Below are positions 43,124 through 50,446 of a DNA stretch of 51,392 bases, piece after piece (the first letter of the stretch is position 1; each line of letters begins with the position of its first letter). The stretch is from Staphylococcus phage MVC_VPHSA1. The notes under the pieces are model-generated. The model was not told the origin of the DNA. It saw only the letters and a program-made list of their open reading frames with translations, and made no database searches. The DNA lies in sequence record OR670591.1; one strand, given 5' to 3'. A program made the position numbers and the translations under genes.

Positions 43124-43729
43124 ATGAAGAAGAAAGCATTATCAGTGAGGCAGGAGCTAATACTTTTATCCTTGAAGAAACACGGTTTTCTAACTAGAGA
43201 CCAACTTGGAGCTATTCACAAGCTAGGTAAGATACGCAATGTTAACCGTATACTCTCAGACCTCTCAGAATACCTCCAGAGCTTTCGTGAGGGATACGAC
43301 ACAGTTTACTACCTCAATAGCAATGGAAAGGATTACACGCAAGCCAAGAAAGCTATGAGACGCACTCAATACGCTTATCATACTATTATGCGTAATCAGT
43401 TCTATATTTATGCAGGTCAACCCAAAGACTGGAAAGTTGAAATTAAACTGGGAGACAAGAAAGAGAGTAAAGTCTGTGACGCTTGGTTTCAGATGAATGG
43501 CTATTACCATATTTTAGAGGTTGATAACCAACAGAAAATGAGTGAGAATAGAAACAAGCTTAAAGCATACTCTGGTATGAACGAGCGAGGAGCTATTACT
43601 AAACATTTTGGTTACTTTCCTCCTATTATCTGGGTTACTACTACTGAGTTAAGACGTAAGCAACTGGTTAAGATGTGCGACGAGTTTGGTCTGTCTCATC
43701 AAGTATTAACGATTATGGACATTAAATAG
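43124..43729 (+). CDS. replication-relaxation family protein (winged-helix N-terminus)
   Basis: N-terminal pattern LSVRQELILLSLKKHGFLTRDQLGAIHKLGKIRNVNRIL is typical of the replication-relaxation family, which partners FtsK-like ATPases in Gram-positive mobile elements. Confidence 0.45.
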   Translation: MKKKALSVRQELILLSLKKHGFLTRDQLGAIHKLGKIRNVNRILSDLSEYLQSFREGYDTVYYLNSNGKDYTQAKKAMRRTQYAYHTIMRNQFYIYAGQPKDWKVEIKLGDKKESKVCDAWFQMNGYYHILEVDNQQKMSENRNKLKAYSGMNERGAITKHFGYFPPIIWVTTTELRRKQLVKMCDEFGLSHQVLTIMDIK

Positions 43730-43743
43730 AGGGAGTGGTCAAA

Positions 43744-44231
43744 ATGTTTAAACGTAAAACAACTATTAAGTTCAGTGAGTTCATGTCTGGTGAGTATAAA
43801 ACAAAAGAGAAAGCAGCTCGTAAGAAAAACAAAAGGCTGTAGTACGCTCGCTGAGTGCAATAGCTGTTCCAGCTTTGACTGGTGGCTCTGTCTTACCATT
43901 AAGCTTAGCCTTTGCAGCAGCTCCAGCGTTCGCCTGTGAGCAGAAAGCTGTTGAGGTAGCTGGTGGTGGTGTGACTGAGGGAGTAACACATTTTGTAAGC
44001 AAACATACACTAGAGGTGATAGCTCATTCGCTTGACCCTGTAGTTGAAATACTGGTCGCTTTCGCCTTTCCAGTTGCCTCTGTAATCATGGCTGGTGCGT
44101 GCTTCCTGTTCATGTTTAACCGTGCAGACCGTGGCTTTGAAATGATACAGCGAGCTGGGTTAGGTTACGTACTCATACAAATGCTTCCATTCTTCCTAAA
44201 TGTTCTCAAGGAAATTGGCTCAGCTATGTAG
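43744..44231 (+). CDS. small secreted/membrane protein (frame change in AAGAAAAACAAAAGG ~43822-43836)
   Basis: Signal-peptide-like LSLAFAAAPAFA, then two hydrophobic segments. Confidence 0.35.
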
Positions 44232-44239
44232 TATAATTG

Positions 44240-44257
44240 GTATGAGCTTGGTCATAC
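44240..44257. promoter_or_regulatory. inverted repeat GTATGA-gcttgg-TCATAC immediately downstream of a TATAAT hexamer (44232-44237)
   Basis: Palindromic version of the GTATGAC element. Confidence 0.45.
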
Positions 44258-44290
44258 TATAAGTAAATACAACTTGGGAGGTAGTCAACA

Positions 44291-44502
44291 ATGAAAAAGT
44301 TAAATCAGTGGCGTTTCAATTAGCAGACCCTATGGAGTTCAAGCTGTTCCATTTCTCAATGAAGCAGTCATACTTTTCAACATACGTGAAGCGACTTATA
44401 CAGCGTGACATGGAGCAAGGCAACCAAATGTTTTCTCATGAGTGGGAATCAGCTTATGAGGACTATATGGCAGACCCAAAAGAATATTTGAAAAACCTCT
44501 GA
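44291..44502 (+). CDS. hypothetical protein (~70 aa; frame change in AAAAAG 44294-44299)
   Basis: RBS GGGAGGT before the ATG at 44291. Confidence 0.35.
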
Positions 44503-44503
44503 G

Positions 44504-44531
44504 CCCTTGCCCTGCAAGGGTTTCTTTTGTT
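44504..44531 (+). terminator. rho-independent terminator
   Basis: Perfect hairpin CCCTTGC-cct-GCAAGGG followed by TTTCTTTTGTTT. Confidence 0.65.
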
Positions 44532-44576
44532 TGTCGAGAAATGTCGAACGAATAAGTTAAAATAATTAAAAAAATG

Positions 44577-44606
44577 TTGCAACTTTAGTAAACACCCTGC
44601 ATAATA
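44577..44606 (+). promoter_or_regulatory. promoter TTGCAA-N4-TAAACAC-N3-TGcATAATA (extended -10), followed by GGTATGAC at 44635-44642
   Basis: Near-identical architecture to the promoter at 48174. Confidence 0.55.
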
Positions 44607-44669
44607 TGAAGCACAGAGCAAGACAACACCTCAAGGTATGACTGAGGTAAAACCAAAGGAGGCAACAAA

Positions 44670-45905
44670 ATGGATAACTTAACGATTGTACAGGAGCAAG
44701 CTAATACGTTTACTATTGCAGGTGCAAAATTCAAATTAGTTAATGAAATTTCTGTCGAGGCTATGGCAAAAATGGAGCAAATTATCAGTATCAACGAGCA
44801 AGAAATACCTATACCGCAATATATGTTTGAAAGACTTGGCAGAGGTCACTGTGGAGGCACTTGGGCTATCAGTGACACACACGTACTCAAAGTAAATGAA
44901 ATACACAATAGAGCTGATATAGACATGGACCGCTTTGTTGATGGCGAGTGTCTGGAAACTCTACAAGGTTTACCAATGACTCCAAAGTTATACGCTTACT
45001 CAGAGTGCAAACAGTACATGGTGGTTGAGAGACTTTACGGTATGCAAACTGGAGAGGTAATGTACAATATGAATGCTTTCCCAGCAAAGATGGGACTCTC
45101 AATAGTACCTCAATTGTTTGATTGGAAACACTGGATACAACAAATTAACGAGTTTGTCCGAGAGAGCTGTAAACGTGGTTGGAATCCAAAGGACCTACAC
45201 GGAGAAAACTTGATGCTGACTAGAGAGGGAAAGATAGTCATTGTAGATTATGGACTATTCGAAAAGCATGGAGTACACAACAACGGAATAAGAAGCAAAT
45301 GGAGTTTTGATGAGGAGATAAAAGAAATGACTCGTCAAGTCAAGAAAATAGCTAAAGAGTTGCTTCCAAACGACTTCTCAGAAATTAACCAATATGTTGC
45401 ACCTAACTTGTGTACTTGGGAGGAGTTTCAAAAGCCAATCGAGAAAGAAGCTAAGGAGATTGTCAAGCGCTATAGTTTGACTGCTCATCTTGATGCTGAG
45501 GGGTATGACCAAGGTAACACTAGAGGAGATATTGCTGACTTTCTAGAAAAGTTTTGCCAACCAGTCGAAATCCCAAAAGCTGAGCCATTCAAGCCAATAG
45601 TTATTGACTGGGGACACCACAGAGGCAGCATACGACACATTGGAGCTGCTAAACACCAAGCCCTTAACCCAGTAGCCAATGCTGCATTATTTCAAGATAT
45701 TCGACCTCTTGTAAGCTTTCACTTGAATGACGGAGGAGTAATCAGAGAGCTAAAGGACTTACAAATTAAACCTGTTGAGCCAGTGAAATTCCCTAAGATT
45801 GAGTTTGATGTTGACAATGCAGTTAAGCAATTAGAAAAAGCTGCTGGTGGCTTCAAAGCATTATTCCAAAATATCAAAGGAGTGAAGAATAATGAGTTAT
45901 TTTGA
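44670..45905 (+). CDS. protein-kinase-like (APH/ChoK/eukaryotic-like kinase fold) protein, 411 aa
   Basis: Gly-rich loop GRGHCGG, lysine context VLKV, Brenner-type catalytic motif DLHGENLML, and DFG-like IVIVDYG. RBS AAAGGAGG. Confidence 0.5.
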   Translation: MDNLTIVQEQANTFTIAGAKFKLVNEISVEAMAKMEQIISINEQEIPIPQYMFERLGRGHCGGTWAISDTHVLKVNEIHNRADIDMDRFVDGECLETLQGLPMTPKLYAYSECKQYMVVERLYGMQTGEVMYNMNAFPAKMGLSIVPQLFDWKHWIQQINEFVRESCKRGWNPKDLHGENLMLTREGKIVIVDYGLFEKHGVHNNGIRSKWSFDEEIKEMTRQVKKIAKELLPNDFSEINQYVAPNLCTWEEFQKPIEKEAKEIVKRYSLTAHLDAEGYDQGNTRGDIADFLEKFCQPVEIPKAEPFKPIVIDWGHHRGSIRHIGAAKHQALNPVANAALFQDIRPLVSFHLNDGGVIRELKDLQIKPVEPVKFPKIEFDVDNAVKQLEKAAGGFKALFQNIKGVKNNELF

Positions 45906-46434
45906 GATTAAAGCTACTGAGTTTAAAAGTCTGAATAGGTATTTTACTAAAGTAATGTATGACCTAGGTGTTACCTTGAAGCTTTGCCCAGAGTGCCACA
46001 AAGACAATGCAGCCTTTTGGAATCACAAGGAAAAGCCAATGACAATCGAACTAGATGGTAACTATGCAAGAATAAATAATCTGTACCACTTGACAGCACT
46101 GGCTCATGAATTAGGTCACGCTGCTCAGAACGCTGATAAAGGTTTTACTAGTAATAATGATGCACTAGCACACTTTGGAGTACACGAGGCAGAAATTGAC
46201 GCTTGGGAGCGTGCCTTCCATATGTGCGCTGAGGCTGGTTTCACTAAAGAGCAAATGTATATGACTTATGATGACATGCTCGATGCTCTACCAGCTTACT
46301 TCTCAGAGCAAGGGCTCGATTGGAGTCTATATGTAGCTATGAGAGTTGATGCAAAGCCAAAACTGCTAGAACTGGACTATGCGCTGGCACGCTGTCGAGT
46401 AGCATTTTTGGAAGCTTTAAAAACTGTACAGTAA
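45892..46434 (+). CDS. HExxH zinc metallopeptidase-like protein (ImmA/IrrE, DUF955-like)
   Basis: Motif LTALAHELGHAAQN. Start overlaps the kinase stop. Confidence 0.5.
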   Translation: MSYFEIKATEFKSLNRYFTKVMYDLGVTLKLCPECHKDNAAFWNHKEKPMTIELDGNYARINNLYHLTALAHELGHAAQNADKGFTSNNDALAHFGVHEAEIDAWERAFHMCAEAGFTKEQMYMTYDDMLDALPAYFSEQGLDWSLYVAMRVDAKPKLLELDYALARCRVAFLEALKTVQ

Positions 46435-46460
46435 TTAATATTTCCAAGGAGGTAAGTCTT

Positions 46461-46879
46461 ATGCAAACTATTTGTAAAATAAAAAACATGTTAGTCAAAT
46501 GGCTGCTGGGGAGAAAAGCTTCCTCCTTGGTAAGTTTCAAGATATACCTAGCTTTATGTGGTCTTTCACGGATTACTCAAAGAAACGTCTTGCTGGTCGT
46601 GGAATCAGTGAGACAGACTTCAAAGCATTATTTACAAAGTATGACCTTATCGAGTTTCATGTAGGTGACCACGGAAAGGGAGGCGACCCACGCATTCTGC
46701 TACGCAGTCGCACTACTACTGAGAAATATAACTTTGAGGTGTGCGCTGTGTTTTCTCTCAGAGACGCACGAGTTGTGACTATATGGATTAATCACATTAC
46801 TAACCAGCATGACAACGTAGTAATGGCTAATTACACAAAAAAGTATGACATTATGCAAAACTGGAAAGGGAGGCTGTAA
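46461..46879 (+). CDS. DUF4258-like small protein (toxin-like fold; frame change near GGGGAGAAAAG 46509-46519)
   Basis: Strong RBS AAGGAGGT before the ATG at 46461. The downstream frame KKRLAGRGISETDFKALF...RVVTIWINH matches the DUF4258 pattern. Confidence 0.4.
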
Positions 46880-46939
46880 CTATGTGGATATTCTTAACTG
46901 TTTGTATTATTGCTTTAGTGGTATTGGAGATAAAAGGAA

Positions 46940-47167
46940 ATGATTAAGGTAGGCGACTCAGTAAAAGTCAAAAGCTTTTCGCTCGAAAGTGAGCATAATC
47001 CGACTGGAGAGGACGAGGGAGTTGTAATCTATATCGAGAAAGCTTTCATTAAGACTCCCTACATGCCAGCGGTACAGGTTAAGCTTGTTGGTGGGGATAT
47101 GGATAACCATAAGATAATGAGATTTACGTTTGAGGAGGTGACCAAGATTGAGGACAATGGAAATTGA
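46940..47167 (+). CDS. hypothetical protein (75 aa)
   Basis: Preceded by a 21-aa hydrophobic peptide ORF at 46883-46945. Confidence 0.35.
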   Translation: MIKVGDSVKVKSFSLESEHNPTGEDEGVVIYIEKAFIKTPYMPAVQVKLVGGDMDNHKIMRFTFEEVTKIEDNGN

Positions 47168-47603
47168 CGTAAAAGGTCATAAGGTTTGGATAGACGAGGC
47201 TATATACAATCTATTAGTAGCTGATGGCAGGACTATATATGTGCGAATGAAAAAGAATGCTCCATACTTCATTGTGAGGTGGTCAGCAAAAGAGGAAATA
47301 TACTTGCACCAACTGGTAAGAGGGAAGGCTCCAGAGGGCTATCTCGTTGACCACATAAACGGAAATACTTGTGATAATCGCTTTGAGAATTTACGGATTG
47401 TGAGTAGGACACTAAACAACTTGAATACCAAAGCAAAGAACTATGAGTTTCACCACGGTAAGTATGTTGTCTATTTCAATGTTGAAGGTAAGCGCACTCG
47501 CTATGGACGATATGAGACCGAGGAGGAAGCTATACAGCGTGTTAAAGAGGTCAGAGCTATGCTGATTCAACAATTAATCGAAAAGGGTGGTCATATACTA
47601 TGA
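47148..47603 (+). CDS. HNH homing endonuclease (HNH_3 + AP2)
   Basis: Motif VDHINGNTCDNRFENLRIVSRTLN and AP2-like motif YVVYFNVEGKRTRYGRYETEEEA. Confidence 0.8.
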   Translation: MRTMEIDVKGHKVWIDEAIYNLLVADGRTIYVRMKKNAPYFIVRWSAKEEIYLHQLVRGKAPEGYLVDHINGNTCDNRFENLRIVSRTLNNLNTKAKNYEFHHGKYVVYFNVEGKRTRYGRYETEEEAIQRVKEVRAMLIQQLIEKGGHIL

Positions 47604-47800
47604 GAAAACCAACTGTTACAGAAAGATTGACTGAGGCGTTTGACTTAATGTTTGTGGTACATGTACAGACTTATGATGACGGACGTAAACTGTTTACAGC
47701 TGAGGAGCGTGGTATCCCTTCACTGGTTACTATTGATTCGGACGGACACGTTATGATTAAAAACAATAATTCTGCTTGGTGGGATTATCTAGGAGTGTGA
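47600..47800 (+). CDS. hypothetical protein (66 aa)
   Basis: ORF with overlapping start. Confidence 0.35.
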   Translation: MRKPTVTERLTEAFDLMFVVHVQTYDDGRKLFTAEERGIPSLVTIDSDGHVMIKNNNSAWWDYLGV

Positions 47801-47804
47801 ACTA

Positions 47805-47948
47805 ATGAGAGAGCAAATACTTGACTGTCTTAACGCAGTAGATGAAATGCAAAAGAAAGTTGTTTTTCAGTCGTCAAACTGGTGGTACTTGGAAGGCTCA
47901 AAAGATGCTTATAACAACATGTTGGATGAATTGGAGGAAAACAAATGA
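47805..47948 (+). CDS. small hypothetical protein (47 aa)
   Basis: RBS AGGAGTG. Stop overlaps the next ATG. Confidence 0.3.
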   Translation: MREQILDCLNAVDEMQKKVVFQSSNWWYLEGSKDAYNNMLDELEENK

Positions 47949-48120
47949 AAAAGAAAGTAGTTAGAAGGCTCATATTAGAGCTCTCAGAGGAAGAAGCTAA
48001 TGCAATAGTTACAGCACTCGAAAGAGGAGAATACTCTGTAGATGTCAACTCTGAGGCTCGTGACATTATAGTTAGAGCACAAATTATATTGAGGGAGTTT
48101 GTTGGTGGGGTTGACCATTA
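47945..48120 (+). CDS. small hypothetical protein (58 aa)
   Basis: ORF ending inside a terminator hairpin. Confidence 0.3.
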
Positions 48121-48137
48121 GGTCAGCTCCTTTTTTA
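48110..48137 (+). terminator. rho-independent terminator
   Basis: Hairpin GTTGACC-atta-GGTCAGC followed by TCCTTTTTTA. Confidence 0.5.
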
Positions 48138-48173
48138 TCTTAATAAAAATAATTTAAACTTTTTAAAAAGTTG

Positions 48174-48202
48174 TTGCTAAAAGTAAACACTTTGCATATA
48201 CT
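48174..48202 (+). promoter_or_regulatory. promoter TTGCTA-N4-TAAACAC-N3-TGcATATACT, followed by inverted GTCATAC/GTATGAC pair
   Basis: Twin of the promoter at 44577. Confidence 0.55.
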
Positions 48203-48222
48203 AAGAGTAACAAATCAAACGA

Positions 48223-48240
48223 GTCATACCAGAGTATGAC
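48223..48240. promoter_or_regulatory. inverted repeat GTCATAC-caga-GTATGAC (operator-like)
   Basis: Palindrome of the element found in the promoter spacers. Confidence 0.45.
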
Positions 48241-48312
48241 CGAAAGGGGAACTTATAATGAACTTAAAAAACCTGAGTTAGTTGAGTATATCGCTTTAGG
48301 AGCTAAAAGTTA

Positions 48313-48702
48313 GTGGAGTTGACTTATAAAGGTCACCGTCAACTTGAGGAGCAGCAACGTGTTTTAATTAATACAGCTCAATCTTTTGGTATCACTTTTG
48401 AAAAATCTTATAACTTTGGGGTAAGCGTTTCTTACCACGAATACAAAGCAGTTGCAAATCGCTTCAAGAAAGATGAGCTTGAAAGAATCGCTAAGCACAT
48501 TGATGAGTTAATCCTAAATTTCAAAGCTCAAGAGGAAACAGCTTGCTCCACTGAGGAGGAGCTACCAAGTGGCAAACAGCCAAACAAGCATGATATTACT
48601 AAGGAGATTGTACAATTGCGTCACACTAAAGAGCTTGACCGTGCTCGTTTCCGTACAGTAGTTATGAAGTCACTTGAGGAAGAACTGGAGGAGCTGCTAT
48701 GA
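48313..48702 (+). CDS. hypothetical protein (129 aa, GTG start)
   Basis: GGAG 10 nt upstream. Confidence 0.4.
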   Translation: MELTYKGHRQLEEQQRVLINTAQSFGITFEKSYNFGVSVSYHEYKAVANRFKKDELERIAKHIDELILNFKAQEETACSTEEELPSGKQPNKHDITKEIVQLRHTKELDRARFRTVVMKSLEEELEELL

Positions 48703-48803
48703 GTTGGGACGTATACTTGGCGGTGTTTGGCTTAGGTGGTATGGTCGGAATGGTTGTAGCAACATGTATTTGTTTCCTAGCAGGACTGGAGGAGAAGAAA
48801 TGA
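48699..48803 (+). CDS. tiny hydrophobic peptide (34 aa)
   Basis: ATGA overlap with the upstream stop. Single TM segment. Confidence 0.25.
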   Translation: MSWDVYLAVFGLGGMVGMVVATCICFLAGLEEKK

Positions 48804-48889
48804 GCATGAGAGGTAGTTTGAAGGTCGCAGCGTGCTTGGTTTACATCTGGGTAGTCGGTTACGTGCTTAGTATGGCTTGGGGAGCTTGA
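48800..48889 (+). CDS. tiny hydrophobic peptide (29 aa)
   Basis: ATGA overlap. Single TM segment. Confidence 0.25.
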   Translation: MSMRGSLKVAACLVYIWVVGYVLSMAWGA

Positions 48890-48950
48890 CAGCTTCCCTT
48901 CTTTACTGTAGAATGACCTCTGTAGTACAAAATAGAGAGGAGAAACACAA

Positions 48951-49193
48951 ATGAACTATATCAACGAGGAAATTGACGACCTGAGGGAGCGAAAAGTCAT
49001 ACTTCTTGAGAAAATACAGAGAAAACTCTCCAGATTGAGTTGTAAGCACTCTTTTGACATCTTTGACGTATTATTCTTGAAGAATGACATGATTGCAGCA
49101 TACAAGGAGCTGGAGCTCTTAAATTGCAAACTTATGGTCCTACTAGAAGTCAAACAACACATAGAAGTGCCAGAAAGTAAACACCAGCACTAA
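48951..49193 (+). CDS. hypothetical coiled-coil protein (80 aa)
   Basis: RBS GAGAGGAG. Confidence 0.4.
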   Translation: MNYINEEIDDLRERKVILLEKIQRKLSRLSCKHSFDIFDVLFLKNDMIAAYKELELLNCKLMVLLEVKQHIEVPESKHQH

Positions 49194-49212
49194 AATGCAA
49201 CTAAAAAGCACT

Positions 49213-49281
49213 AACATGTAGTTTTGAAGCCCCAAGATGACGTTTGAAAGCTCCAACATGTTAGAATAAGCTCTCAAGATG
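49213..49281. repeat. four AA(C/G)ATG-centred direct repeats at exact 21-bp phasing (49213, 49234, 49255, 49276), embedded in ~AAGCYCYCAASATG units
   Basis: Read directly from the sequence. Alternating C/G variants. Lies between a gene end and a terminator. Confidence 0.5.
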
Positions 49282-49288
49282 CTCAGAA

Positions 49289-49312
49289 GTCACCTTAAAA
49301 GGTGGCTTTTTG
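49289..49312 (+). terminator. rho-independent terminator
   Basis: Hairpin GTCACC-ttaaaa-GGTGGC followed by TTTTTGCATTT. Confidence 0.55.
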
Positions 49313-49366
49313 CATTTCTGGTAAACACGATATTCATAAGTACTATGAAGAGTTACTTACTAATAG

Positions 49367-49471
49367 TTAACTAATTAGATAAGCTATTTAAAAATAAAAA
49401 CAAACTAAATAGTTATTACTAATTAGGTTTAGCTCATAAAAGAAATAAAAACAAATAACTTATGAGGTAGA
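49367..49471. promoter_or_regulatory. second copy of AT-rich control motifs: TTAACTAATTAG (49367-49378), TAAGCTATTTA, ACTAATTAG (49418-49426), TATGAGGTAGA (49461-49471)
   Basis: Same motifs as 6311-6398. Confidence 0.45.
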
Positions 49472-49538
49472 CAAATAGTCCACTAGAAAGGTAATAACTC
49501 TTAGTACTACTTAGTCAAAACTACAGAGGTGTAACTAT

Positions 49539-49975
49539 ATGTTAAGAGATATTCACGAGGGAGGGAAACCTGTTAAGAAGAAAACTAAAAAGTGGACTGA
49601 TGGTAGGAAGTTCAAGAGTCACAAGTTAGATATGCTCTTTAGGTCAAACTGGGAGATAGAACTAGCTGAACACCTACACTCACTAGACATTGACTTTGTA
49701 TATGAGCCAGAGAGGTTTTACTACAGAGCAGAGCGAGAAAGCTACTTACCTGACTTTTTCTACCTCAATGGAACGTATTTATTGAAGTCAAAGGCTATTT
49801 AGATAAGCGCAGCGAAAAGCGTTGTAAACTATTCAGAAAGTACTATCTTAAAGAGTATGGATTCTTTCTGTATATGAAAGATGACAGAGAGCTGGTCAAT
49901 AATGACCCTAAAATGATTTATACGTTCTTAGAGATAGCATTGGATGAACATAGGAGGATAAAAAATGAGAAATGA
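49539..49975 (+). CDS. PD-(D/E)XK family nuclease (VRR-NUC/Hjc-like), frame change at T-run ~49776-49783
   Basis: Motif YLPDFFYL...(shift)...FIEVKGYLDKRSEKR matches the PD...(D/E)xK pattern. Confidence 0.45.
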
Positions 49976-50446
49976 CTACAGAATTGAAAACGAGCTAGTT
50001 TTCATTGAAGTTATACAAAAAGGTGTAACTAAAGAGGTAATTATTTCTTTTGAAGACCTAAAACGAGTTATTGAGCTTGATAGAAAGATTTCTATTAGTC
50101 CACAAGGCTATGCAGTCTTTAATAAGTCAAACAAACAGTTTACATTACATCGTTTCTTAATGAATGACCCAAAAGACAAACAAGTTGACCATATTGACTG
50201 TAATCGACTAAATAACTCAAAAGTAATTTGAGATTGGTAACTAATAAAGAAAATGCTAATAATCTCAACAATAAGTACTCAGTTGGTAGGTCTGGAGCTA
50301 AAGGAGTTATCTTTCGTGAAGGACGAAATAAACCGTACCAAGTTAGAGTCCATAAAAAGAGTTTTGGTTATTACAAAACAATAGAGGAAGCTAAAGAAGT
50401 TGCAGCAAATTTGTATAAAACTATAGAGTCAAAATCTGTTAAGTAA
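49965..50446 (+). CDS. HNH homing endonuclease (HNH_3 + AP2), frame change ~50225
   Basis: Motif VDHIDCNRLNN and AP2-like motif YSVGRSGAKGVIFREGRNKPYQVRVH. RBS AGGAGG. Confidence 0.7.

Noticed and set aside
49213-49281. Possible CRISPR array or tRNA in AT-rich intergenic regions (6292-6524, 22766-22974, 41730-41925, 44532-44669, 48121-48312, 49194-49538)
   Set aside because: Only four short imperfect phased repeats are present, with no uniform spacers, so this is not a CRISPR array. No T-loop-like GTTCRAnTCC motif or cloverleaf was found in any of the listed intergenic regions.
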